Below are positions 27,882 through 37,700 of a stretch of 64,000 nt of DNA, piece by piece; positions within the stretch are counted from its first letter, which is position 1; each line of letters opens with the position of its first letter. Position numbers and translations under genes: made by a program. This DNA comes from an uncultured Eubacteriales bacterium (GTDB taxonomy: Bacteria > Bacillota > Clostridia > Oscillospirales > Acutalibacteraceae): positions 18,181 through 82,180 of the forward strand of contig OMZF01000101.1 of NCBI GenBank assembly GCA_900315465.1, written 5' to 3'. The notes under the pieces were generated by a model, which was given only the letters and a program-made list of their open reading frames with translations, was not told the DNA's origin and made no database searches.

Positions 27882-30800
27882 TTAGTGGGGATTTTCGACA
27901 AGGCTTACATTTTCATCTCCTATGCGTTTGCGAAGTTCTCTGAGCATAACATTATTTATATCCACATACATTGAGCGTGGAGTATGCCAGAGCTGACGTG
28001 TATCCTTAAAGAATATATAAAGCGGTGTATTTCCGTCAAAAATATCAATTATCTGCACAGCTCGTTCATATTCTTTACAATCCTTGCTTTCCACTCGAAG
28101 ATAAAGACCGGCAGGCATACCGGAAGCATTTTTGTTTAGGCATTTTTGAGCATCCTGAACACTGTCTGGGATAGGGAGAAGTCTTTCACATATAAGTTTT
28201 GGTTTATTTTCGTCTTCACGCTGTATAGTGGCATTAAGACGTACTATTCTTTTTTCCGTAAGCATTGCACCAGATTCAGTGAAAGCTTTCGGGAATACTA
28301 CAAGTTCAAGTTCTCCATATTTATCTCCTATAACAGCAAAAGCCATATGGTCACCGTTTTTAGTTATTTTAGGCTTGATACTTCTTATCATGCAGAGCAT
28401 ATTTATTTTTTTGCCGTCATGGTAGCGGTCATCTTCATTAAGCAGAATATCGCATATCCTGTCGGCATTCATAGCCTTTATCATTTCATCATACTGAGTC
28501 ATAGGATGACCGCTCAGATATATCCCTGTCATTTCATATTCACGGTCAAGCAGTTCTCTTTCGGGAAATTCATCTTCATCATAAGGTCTCGGTTCATCAG
28601 GCTCCATTCCGTCTATATCGAACATATTCAGCTGTCCGAGAGAGCTTATCTTATTTTCTTCTGCTATTCTGTCAAGAAAACTCTGGGCGGAGAGGAACAT
28701 TGAACGTCTGTTTGAGCCGAGACCATCCAGAGCACCGCTGAAAATAAGACCTTCTACAACACGTTTGTTCAGCATCGAAGAATACACTCTTGATAGGAAA
28801 TTGTAAAAAGACCTGTAAACACCGTTTTTTCTTTCCTCAACTATAGTATCAATAATTCCTCTGCCGATACCCTTTACGGCTAAAAGACCAAAACGGATAT
28901 TATTTCCGCTTATAGTGAAGCCTGAATTACTGTAATTGACATGGGGAGGAAGGATTTTAAGTCCCTGTCTTGAGGCTTCATCTATATATGATGCTACTTT
29001 TGCACTGTCATTTAAAGCTCCTGTAAGCAATGCAGCCATATATTCGGCAGGGTAATGTGTTTTTACAAAAGCCGTCTGATATGATATAGTAGCATAGGCG
29101 GCGGCATGGGCTTTGTTAAAAGCATACGAAGCAAAGCTTTCCATTTCGCTGAAAATATCAAGTGCAACAGCTTCATCAATGCCGCGTCTTACACAGCCGT
29201 CAACTATGACATTGCCGTTTTCATCAGTCAGACCATGAAGAAAAATTTCCTTTTCTTTGTCCATCTCTGCTTTTTTCTTTTTTGCCATAGCTCTGCGTAC
29301 AATATCCGCTCTGCCGAGAGAATAGCCGGCAAGTGTGCGGAATATCTGCATTACCTGTTCCTGATATACTATACAGCCGTAGGTGACATTAAGTATAGGC
29401 TCAAGCAGGGGATGTTTGTACGTAACTTCTTCAGGATGATGACGGCAGCGGATATATCTGGGTATGGAATCCATAGGGCCCGGACGGTAAAGAGAAAGTA
29501 CAGCTATAATATCCTCGATATTTTCGGGTTTTAGCCGCATAAGACAATTACGCATACCTGCCGATTCAAACTGAAATACTCCGTCTGTTTCACCGGCTGC
29601 AAAAAGTGCGATAGACTGAGGATCATTTTCCGGAAGCTTCAGCAGGTCAAAATCAGGCACACGCTGACGTATCATTTTTTCTGCGGCTTGGAGGATAGTA
29701 ATATTTTTAAGACCGAGGAAGTCCATTTTTACAAGACCGAGTTCCTCAATCTCGTTCATTTTGAACTGAGTTACGGGAACATCTTTGTTTTTTGCAATAG
29801 GGACATATTCATAAAGCGGTTCTTCTGTTATCACAACGCCTGCCGCATGGGTTGAGGTATGACGTGGAACACCCTCAAGTGCCATTGAAGTATCTATAAG
29901 CTTATGTATCTGTTCATCCGTATCATAAAGATTTTTAAGTTCCTTTACATTTTCGAGGGATGATTTAAGGGTAACATTCACGTTATTAGGAATAAGTGAT
30001 GATACACGCTTATATACGGCAGCCGGAACTTCTGTAACTTTTCCTACATCGTTTATTACAGCCTTAGCGGCAAGAGTACCGAAAGTATTTATCTGAGCCA
30101 CATGACCTTCGCCGTATTTACGGAAAACATAATCAATAACTTCCTGCCGTCTTTCTGTACAGAAGTCGATATCGAAATCCGGCATTGATACTCTTTCAGG
30201 ATTCAGAAATCTTTCAAAGATAAGATTATATTTAATGGGGTCTATTTCGGTTATACCAATGCAAAAAGCGGCGAGACTTCCTGCACCCGAACCTCTGCCC
30301 GCACCCACAGGTATATCGTGTTTTTTTGCATAGCCTACATAATCGGCAACGATAAGGAAATAATCTGTAAAGCCCATTTTTGTTATAATACCTATTTCGT
30401 ATTCAAGTCTTTCACGAAGTTTTGGAGAGGGTTCATCTCCGTAGCGTTTTTTAAGCCCCTTTTCACATTCTTCTCTGAAGTAGGATTCATGGTCAACACC
30501 ATCAGGGAGAGGAAAGGCAGGCAGTTTAAGTTTTTTGAACTCTATTTCGATTTCGCATCGTTCAGCAATTTTTGCGGAGTTGTCAATAGCTTCGGGATAG
30601 AGCTGAAAAAGCTCACGCATTTCACTTTCACTTTTCAGATAAAATTCATCTGTCGGAAAAGCCATAGGGTTAGGCTCGCTTATGGTTTTGTCCGTCTGAA
30701 TGCATAAAAGCACTTTTTGCAGGTAAGCATCCTCTTTTTTGATATAATGGCAGTCATTTGTAGCAACCAAAGGAATACTGAGTTCGTCTGAAAGCTGTTT

Positions 30801-31367
30801 AAGCATGGGGAGTATCTTTTTTTGTTCAGGTATACCATGATCCTGTATTTCCAGAAAGAAATTACCATCACCGAATATATTTTTATATTCAAGAGCTGTT
30901 TCCTTAGCCGCCTGATAATCACCCGAGGCAAGTTTTCTCGGTATTTCACCGGCAAGACAGGCGGAAAGAGCTATAAGTCCTTCATGATGTTGTCTGAGGA
31001 GTTCTTTATCTATTCTGGGTTTTGAATAAAAGCCGTCTGTCCATGCTTTGGAGCAAAGATACATAAGGTTTTTGTAGCCCGTCATATTTTCACAAAGGAG
31101 TACAAGATGATAATTCGTTCTGTCAAGTGCGGCTGTCTTATCTGTAAGACTTCTTGGAGCAACATATACTTCACAGCCTATTATAGGCTTTATGCCTGCC
31201 TCTTTGGCGGTCTTGTAAAACTCTATCACGCCGTACATCGAGCCGTGATCTGTTATGGCAATACTGTTCTGACCGAGATTTTTAGCTTCTTCTATAAGAT
31301 TTTTGATTTTTGATGCTCCGTCAAGGAGACTGTATACTGTGTGGACGTGCAGATGTGTAAAACTCAT
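27882..31367 (-). CDS. dnaE: DNA polymerase III alpha subunit
   Basis: PHP domain FTHLHVHTVYSLLDG. GFTDYFLIVADYV. Catalytic SMPDFDIDF. About 1,160 aa. Start placed at ATG 31367, 7 nt after AAGGAG, rather than the ORF-track GTG at 31385. Confidence 0.95.
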   Translation of the reverse strand: MSFTHLHVHTVYSLLDGASKIKNLIEEAKNLGQNSIAITDHGSMYGVIEFYKTAKEAGIKPIIGCEVYVAPRSLTDKTAALDRTNYHLVLLCENMTGYKNLMYLCSKAWTDGFYSKPRIDKELLRQHHEGLIALSACLAGEIPRKLASGDYQAAKETALEYKNIFGDGNFFLEIQDHGIPEQKKILPMLKQLSDELSIPLVATNDCHYIKKEDAYLQKVLLCIQTDKTISEPNPMAFPTDEFYLKSESEMRELFQLYPEAIDNSAKIAERCEIEIEFKKLKLPAFPLPDGVDHESYFREECEKGLKKRYGDEPSPKLRERLEYEIGIITKMGFTDYFLIVADYVGYAKKHDIPVGAGRGSGAGSLAAFCIGITEIDPIKYNLIFERFLNPERVSMPDFDIDFCTERRQEVIDYVFRKYGEGHVAQINTFGTLAAKAVINDVGKVTEVPAAVYKRVSSLIPNNVNVTLKSSLENVKELKNLYDTDEQIHKLIDTSMALEGVPRHTSTHAAGVVITEEPLYEYVPIAKNKDVPVTQFKMNEIEELGLVKMDFLGLKNITILQAAEKMIRQRVPDFDLLKLPENDPQSIALFAAGETDGVFQFESAGMRNCLMRLKPENIEDIIAVLSLYRPGPMDSIPRYIRCRHHPEEVTYKHPLLEPILNVTYGCIVYQEQVMQIFRTLAGYSLGRADIVRRAMAKKKKAEMDKEKEIFLHGLTDENGNVIVDGCVRRGIDEAVALDIFSEMESFASYAFNKAHAAAYATISYQTAFVKTHYPAEYMAALLTGALNDSAKVASYIDEASRQGLKILPPHVNYSNSGFTISGNNIRFGLLAVKGIGRGIIDTIVEERKNGVYRSFYNFLSRVYSSMLNKRVVEGLIFSGALDGLGSNRRSMFLSAQSFLDRIAEENKISSLGQLNMFDIDGMEPDEPRPYDEDEFPERELLDREYEMTGIYLSGHPMTQYDEMIKAMNADRICDILLNEDDRYHDGKKINMLCMIRSIKPKITKNGDHMAFAVIGDKYGELELVVFPKAFTESGAMLTEKRIVRLNATIQREDENKPKLICERLLPIPDSVQDAQKCLNKNASGMPAGLYLRVESKDCKEYERAVQIIDIFDGNTPLYIFFKDTRQLWHTPRSMYVDINNVMLRELRKRIGDENVSLVENPH

Positions 31368-31381
31368 ACGATTTCTCCTTG

Positions 31382-31909
31382 TCACAAATAAACTTCATAC
31401 AATACTTCGGTGCGTTCTTCATCGGAATTGCGGTTTTTTCTTCCTGTGATTCTTGTTACAAATGACATACCTATTTTTTCCATAACACGTATAGAAGGTA
31501 TATTTTCACCGTCAGCATGGGCGATAAAATGTGAAATTCCGAATCTGTTTTTTATATAATTCATAAATGAAACAGCAGCTTCTGCAGCATAACCGTTTCC
31601 CTGATAATTCTTGTTTATTATCCAGCCTAATTCTCCGAAAGCACCATTATCTATAAATTCAATGCTTACTGCACCGATATGCGTACCGTTGAGTATTATT
31701 GCGGCATCAAGATAATCAGGTCTGTCTTTTTGCCATTGTATCTCGCACTTTTTAAGGTAATCCATTACTTCTTTGGCATCATCACACGGAAGAAAACACA
31801 TCATTTTTGTATTTTCAATATCGGTGGAATATACAAAAGTTGTTTCAAAATGCTTAGTTGCGAGAGGTTCAAGTAAAAGTCTTTTTGTAGTCAAAGTAAA
31901 TTCTTTCAT
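31382..31909 (-). CDS. GNAT family N-acetyltransferase (RimJ/RimL-like)
   Basis: 175 aa. WIINKNYQGNGYAAEA acetyl-CoA-binding region typical of GNAT. Confidence 0.75.
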   Translation of the reverse strand: MKEFTLTTKRLLLEPLATKHFETTFVYSTDIENTKMMCFLPCDDAKEVMDYLKKCEIQWQKDRPDYLDAAIILNGTHIGAVSIEFIDNGAFGELGWIINKNYQGNGYAAEAAVSFMNYIKNRFGISHFIAHADGENIPSIRVMEKIGMSFVTRITGRKNRNSDEERTEVLYEVYL

Positions 31910-31913
31910 AGCG

Positions 31914-33041
31914 TCATTTATTATTCTTAAAATACATATAGACCTGACATTTTATCATACCGTTATAAAGTTTGCGGCGTTTATCAGCCTGTCTGCCGAA
32001 AATACTTTCAAAATTATCGTCAGGACTTATTATTGTATAGCTGTAACCCTGTTTTTGTACAAATTTTTTACCCATAATACGATAAAGATCCCTTGCCTGT
32101 TCCATATCAAGAAGTCTTTCACCGTAAGGGGGATTAGTGATTATTGCAGCCCTCTCACAATCTGATGAAAAATCGGCTATTGAACGGCACTGAACATTTA
32201 TTCTTTTTTCCACTCCTGCTTTTTTTGCATTAGCGAGAGTGAGTTCAACAGCGTCTCTATCAATATCATAGCCGTAAGCCTGAAATTCACATTCTCTATT
32301 TATATTTTCAAGACAGGCTTTTCTTTCCTCAGACCATACATCAGAGGGTATACAAGACCATTTTTCAGCAGAAAAACTACGCTGAATACCGGGGGCAATA
32401 TTCATGGCTTTGAGTGCAGATTCTATAAGTATAGTACCCGAACCGCAGAAAGGGTCAATAACTGTACTGTAGCTGCGTACTCTTGAAAGGTCAGCCATAG
32501 CAGCGGCAAGAGTTTCTTTGATAGGAGCTTCGGCTGCATCACGTCTGTAGCCTCTTTTATGCAGACCTTCTCCCGATGTATCAAGAAGTATACTTACTTT
32601 GTCTTTAATAATAAGGAATTGTATCTGATGTTTTGAACCTGTTTCATCAAACCAGCTTGTGTGGTATTTTGAATTAAGTCTTTCAACAACAGCCTTTTTG
32701 ATTATTTTCTGACAATCCGGAATGCTTGCAAGCTTTGAATCAACCGAATGACCCTTCACAGGAAAAGCATCGTCTTTTCCAAGCCAGTCTTCCCAGTTGA
32801 TAGCTTTAACGCTTTCAAAAAGCTGATCAAAGCTGTAGGCACTGAACTCTCCCATAAGAATCTGTATTCTTTCGGCATATCTTGAGCGTAGGTTAGCCTT
32901 TGCAAGTGTATTATAATCTCCCTCAAAAAGCACCCTGCCATTTTCTGCTCTTACATTTTCGATACCGTTTCGTTTAAGTTCGTCGGCACATATGCCCTCA
33001 ATTCCGAAAAGGCACGGTGCAGCAAATTTTATCTTTTCCAT
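31914..33041 (-). CDS. THUMP-domain class I SAM-dependent RNA methyltransferase
   Basis: DPFCGSGTILIE SAM motif and ITNPPYGERL catalytic motif, with an N-terminal THUMP-like region. 375 aa. Confidence 0.8.
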   Translation of the reverse strand: MEKIKFAAPCLFGIEGICADELKRNGIENVRAENGRVLFEGDYNTLAKANLRSRYAERIQILMGEFSAYSFDQLFESVKAINWEDWLGKDDAFPVKGHSVDSKLASIPDCQKIIKKAVVERLNSKYHTSWFDETGSKHQIQFLIIKDKVSILLDTSGEGLHKRGYRRDAAEAPIKETLAAAMADLSRVRSYSTVIDPFCGSGTILIESALKAMNIAPGIQRSFSAEKWSCIPSDVWSEERKACLENINRECEFQAYGYDIDRDAVELTLANAKKAGVEKRINVQCRSIADFSSDCERAAIITNPPYGERLLDMEQARDLYRIMGKKFVQKQGYSYTIISPDDNFESIFGRQADKRRKLYNGMIKCQVYMYFKNNK

Positions 33042-33236
33042 AAAAAACTTCTCCTTCGTTCTTTGTCTTTCAATTTAGATTGTAACTCAATTCACCTGTA
33101 AAATCAACCCTGTGAATTTCATACAATGATTTTTACATTCAAATTAATGTATAACCGAAATAAAATTCTTATTGACATTTAGTAATTAGTGTGTGTGTTT
33201 TGTTTTTGTCTGCTTTTTTAAAAGCGTAACACACAC

Positions 33237-33289
33237 TTTACTTTTATTTACTTTACTTTTATTTACTTTACTTTTATTTACTTTACTTT
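33237..33289. repeat. 15-bp tandem repeat TTTACTTTTATTTAC, 3.5 copies
   Basis: Perfect units at 33237-33251, 33252-33266 and 33267-33281, plus a partial unit at 33282-33289, in the divergent intergenic region upstream of spoVAD. Confidence 0.9.
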
Positions 33290-33457
33290 GGGGGATTAAT
33301 GTGTGTTTTCGGGTAGTTTTTACTGTAAAAACCCCCGTTTTTGCATACAAAACTCCCGTTTTACGGAATTAATTCACGATAAAAAAGCATTAATTCTGTA
33401 TTTATTTTTTAATGATGTCAATAATAAATATAAAAAGGGTATCGGAGGAATTGTTTT

Positions 33458-34468
33458 ATGGCGGAAAAACTTAAAGGCGGAACAGTAATTTTTTCACAGG
33501 ATATATGCATAAAGTCATCGGCAGGTGTTGCAGGACATAAAGAGGGAGAAGGCCCGCTTGCATCATATTTTGACAGATTGTATAAGGATGATCTTCTCGG
33601 TCAGAAATCATGGGAAAAAGCGGAGAGCAGACTACAGACCGATGTATCATCGCTTGCACTGCAAAAAGCAGGATATAATACAACTGATATTGATGTGATA
33701 CTTGCAGGTGATCTTCTTAATCAGTGTATTTCATCGACATTCGGACTCAGAAGTTTAGGAATACCGTATCTCGGACAATACGGAGCTTGTTCTACAATGG
33801 CACAAGGAATTGCCACAGCGTCATTCCTTTTGGAAAACGGAGGATTTGAAAGGGCGATGGCGGTCACTTCATCACACTTCTGTTCTGCTGAAAGACAATT
33901 CCGGCTTCCGATAGAATACGGAGGTCAGAGAACTCCGACTGCTCAATGGACTGTGACGGGAGCAGGAGCGGCAATTCTTGAAAAGGGAAAAGGTATATGT
34001 CAGGTGAAAGCAGTGACTGTCGGCAGGATAATTGATTATAAAATCAAGGACGCAAATAATATGGGTGCGGCTATGGCACCGGCAGCAGCTGACACACTTG
34101 TAAGATTTTTTGGTGATACAGGAAAAAGACCGACTGATTTTTCTCTTATTCTGACAGGTGATTTAGGATATATCGGTTCAGAGCTTCTGATAAAGATAAT
34201 GCAGGAGGAGGGAATAGATATTAGTTCGGTTCATAATGACTGCGGAAAGCTTATATTTGACAGGGAGCGTCAGGATGTACACGCAGGAGGTTCGGGATGC
34301 GGATGCTGCGGATCGGTTTTTTGTTCATATATAATGGAGCAGTTCAGGCAGAAAAAATTAAATGATATGTTGTTTATAGCTACAGGAGCATTGATGTCAC
34401 CCACATCAGCACAACAGGGTGAAAGTATTCCCTCTATAGCACATCTGATACAATTGAAAGCTGAATAA
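33458..34468 (+). CDS. spoVAD: stage V sporulation protein AD
   Basis: AGDLLNQ, GACST, SSHFCSAERQFRLPIEYGGQ, MAPAAADT, LILTGDLG, HNDCG, AGGSGCGC and ATGALMSPT follow B. subtilis SpoVAD almost block for block, as I remember it. Confidence 0.92.
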   Translation: MAEKLKGGTVIFSQDICIKSSAGVAGHKEGEGPLASYFDRLYKDDLLGQKSWEKAESRLQTDVSSLALQKAGYNTTDIDVILAGDLLNQCISSTFGLRSLGIPYLGQYGACSTMAQGIATASFLLENGGFERAMAVTSSHFCSAERQFRLPIEYGGQRTPTAQWTVTGAGAAILEKGKGICQVKAVTVGRIIDYKIKDANNMGAAMAPAAADTLVRFFGDTGKRPTDFSLILTGDLGYIGSELLIKIMQEEGIDISSVHNDCGKLIFDRERQDVHAGGSGCGCCGSVFCSYIMEQFRQKKLNDMLFIATGALMSPTSAQQGESIPSIAHLIQLKAE

Positions 34469-34497
34469 ACTAATTTTTCACTAAAAAAGAGTATAAA

Positions 34498-34536
34498 ATA
34501 TCCGTAAGGTTGAAAACTTTACGGATATTTATTTTG
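34498..34536 (+). terminator. rho-independent terminator of spoVAD
   Basis: Perfect 11-bp stem AATATCCGTAA (34498-34508) / TTACGGATATT (34519-34529) followed by TATTTT. Confidence 0.7.
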
Positions 34537-34674
34537 TAAAGTCAAAAAGCATTATACATAATTAGGACAAAATGCCGAAAAAATCACATTTTATGGTTGT
34601 TTTTATTCGTTATATTATACAAATTAAATAAATAAATATCCGTTTTTTCTATTTCAGTTTATTCATTTAAAAAA

Positions 34675-34704
34675 TTGCAATTCAGTACTAAAATATTGTA
34701 TAAT
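34675..34704 (+). promoter_or_regulatory. candidate sigma-A promoter of the giant-adhesin operon
   Basis: TTGCAA (34675-34680), 18-nt spacer, TATAAT (34699-34704), in an AT-rich 314-nt intergenic region about 80 nt upstream of the ATG. Confidence 0.4.
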
Positions 34705-34782
34705 ATAATGTGATAATATAGTTGAAATTGGGTAAAAATAATAATTTTTCACATTCAATATTATGTGGATGGAGGATAAAAA

Positions 34783-37700
34783 ATGAAAACAGCAATGTAC
34801 AGAAATGACATTTTCAAAAGAATAATATCAGGGTTATTAGCGGTGGTGATATTTTTTAATGCGGCACCGCTGGATCTTTCTGTCTTTGCGGATGATAACA
34901 CTACAATGATGGGGATCTATAATAACTTTATGGTCTCTTCGGCTAATTCCGAGCAGATGACGAAATACACAATAAAATATCTTAGAAAAAAGCAGATGAC
35001 TGATTCATCCGGAAACCCTGTCTACAATTCTGATGGCACCCCGAAATATCAGCCACAGTACGAAAAGGATGAAAACGGAGATATAATTTACATAGATGAA
35101 TATGTAAGGGATGCTGACAATAATATAGTGCTTGATGCAAACGGTGATCCTGTAATTCAAAGAGTACCAAAACCGCTTTTAGTAAATGATGAGATCCAGT
35201 ATGAAATTGAGGATTTTACGAGTTCTGATTTTTTTGAATATAATAATGGAGGTACATATACTTATATCGAAGCAACCGGAACTATAAATATGCATCCCGG
35301 TGAAACTCTGAATTTCTTGTCATCGAATGATTTTAAGGATTTCCTTATAAAAAATAGAATAGAGACCATAGAAGTAACCTATGATCCCGATAATGATGCG
35401 TTTCTTTATGATCCGGATAAAGCAGCAGATGCAGATGATCAGAGTCAGGCATTAGGCAATACTGCAGTAATGACTTACGATGTAAAAATCACAGAAAACC
35501 AGGATACACATGAAAAGAATATTGATGTTTCAGACTGTACAGCTATAACCTTTACATCATCTGACTATATTGATCTTGATGTTACTGTGAAGTGGGTGGA
35601 TGATGGTAATGGAAGACCAGATGTAACAGACTGGGATTTTGATGTAAAACGAAAAGCTTACGCACAAAATGAATCCATACCTGCTTACGATGCCTCTACT
35701 GATTATGATGCAAATTCATCTTATGAAGAAAGCGGAGCATTGGCAGGATATACCGATTATGAAATTGATGTTCCGACTCCTGATACAACAAGCAGTAATA
35801 CGCATATTTTTAATTACAAACTTCCGAGAGCAGCAAAAAACGGAGATACATTTGACTATATTGCAATAAATAATCATAAGAATTTTACTGATTCGGATTA
35901 TCAGGGAGTATCAAACCCGAAAGAATATCGCTATGAAAGAGCAGGAAAAGAAGAATTCAAATATTTCTGCAAAACACAGTTTACATTTGATATTTCATGG
36001 CATGACGATAATAACGCAATAAACAGCCGTCCGGATGTCACGAATGAAAATATCAAGCAATACATAAAAGATCACTTTGTGTTAAAAAACAAAAATACAA
36101 ATGAAACTATCGACCTTGATGATTATACTGTAAGTCTGACACAAAATGATGATGGTACATACAGAGTGACTGTTGACGGACTTGACGAGATAGATGATGG
36201 TTCCGGTTCGGCTGTAACATATTATCTTGAACAGAACTCCGCAGTCATAAAAACAAGTGATAGCAGTTCTTCTGATTATTATGCACTTACCGCACAGAAC
36301 TCAGGCGTACATTCAAGTGAATCTGATAAGATATATAACGGAAGTACAGCTGTATTACTTCTTTCGGGCGAAGATACATTCAGCGGTGAAGTTCAGTGGA
36401 AGGATGAAGCCCGCAAGACAGAAAGAGAATCTAAGAGTAATATAGCTAATTATGTATTGTGGCGTTATGTTGGTACTGATACCGATATGAAAGCACAGGT
36501 AGGTACATTCTCTATAGACGGAAATGCAGATAATTTTTCATATACAGATACAAATGGTGATTCTATCATTATTCCAAAATACGACGTAATGGGTCGTAAA
36601 TATGTTTATTATGCAAAGCAGAGAAGTTTTAAACTTTCCGGTTACGAGCATTCGTACATAGGAGGTACAAGTACCGGTGTTGCCGATAGTTTTTCAAACG
36701 ATGCTGTAATTCAATACAGACTTGCGGGAACTGTAAACTATGCTGTAAATGCCCACTGGATAGCGGCAGCACTTCAGGGCGGTACTGGTGAAGTAAGGTA
36801 TGAACTTCAGAGATATAACTCTGATACAAATTCATGGGAAGATGTTCCGCATGAAAAGACGAATCCGTCACAGTCAACCACCAACAAATCAGAACTTGTA
36901 ATAGATGGTTTTTCGGCTGAACAGACAAGCATCACAGGTGCATTTTATGAAGCTGATGACGATGTTTTGCCGACCAAATATGATGAAAACGGAAGTCTTA
37001 TTATATACCGCATTGTACAGACTTATGCTGACCGTACCGATCAGGGTGTGAGTGGAAATACACCATATGAGACTCTTATATCACTGGTTGTCGATACTGA
37101 AACGGGTGCATTTGAGACGGTGACCGTAGATGGTAAAAATTACTTACAGCTTACTAACGGAAGTACCCCACAAGATGCAAATGGTTTTGTTTATATTACT
37201 GTTGATGGTTTGAAATTCAAGGTAAGAGCTTATATTGATGACGGTACTGTAAGATTTGAGTATATTCTTTATGATGAGATTGACGTAGTTGTAAATAAAA
37301 ACTGGTCTGACCCCACAGTAGATAATATTCTGGATATATGGGGGTCAACAGTTAAAAATAAGCTTCAGGTTTTCGATTATTCAACAGGTGCATTTGTTGA
37401 TTGTCAAAACTATAATACGATATATCCACATTTATCCGAAATAATTGATGAATATGGTAACATAAATGTTAAAAGAAACGATATTGGTAAAAATGAAAGA
37501 GACGATGATACATCGTATAATGATGCTGATGATGAACACTATTCTATCAGACTTAAGGATCTTCCGATGTATGATGATCAAGGTCGTTTGAATAAATATC
37601 AGATAGTAGAGACATCAGTAACCAAAAAAAATGGGGAACAAATCCCAAGTAAGAAAGTATATTCATCCTCAACTTACATCCAAAAAGACGTTGATAACAA

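Noticed and set aside
33237-33289. Considered whether the 15-bp tandem repeats could be a CRISPR array or other spacer-containing array
   Set aside because: The units are directly adjacent with no spacers, only 15 bp long, and extremely AT-rich. This is a simple minisatellite.
33370-33457. Looked for a forespore sigma-G/sigma-F type promoter upstream of spoVAD
   Set aside because: Only weak partial matches were seen (GCATT..., CAATAATA) with unconvincing spacing, so I cannot support a call from sequence alone.
33303-33488. 61-aa ORF upstream of and overlapping the spoVAD start
   Set aside because: It has no RBS and low-complexity Phe/Asn/Lys-rich content. It overlaps the spoVAD RBS and start.
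34498-34645. A third copy of AATATCCGT (34636-34644) as a possible alternative pairing partner (antiterminator) for the spoVAD terminator arm
   Set aside because: It lies about 107 nt downstream of the terminator, after the T-run. This does not fit known attenuation geometry and is probably chance in AT-rich DNA.
37624-37631. A8 homopolymer tracts inside the giant ORF (also at 51967-51974) as potential slipped-strand phase-variation switches
   Set aside because: Runs of this length are expected by chance in a 23-kb AT-rich gene. They are shorter than tracts usually associated with phase variation, and there is no supporting evidence in a single sequence.
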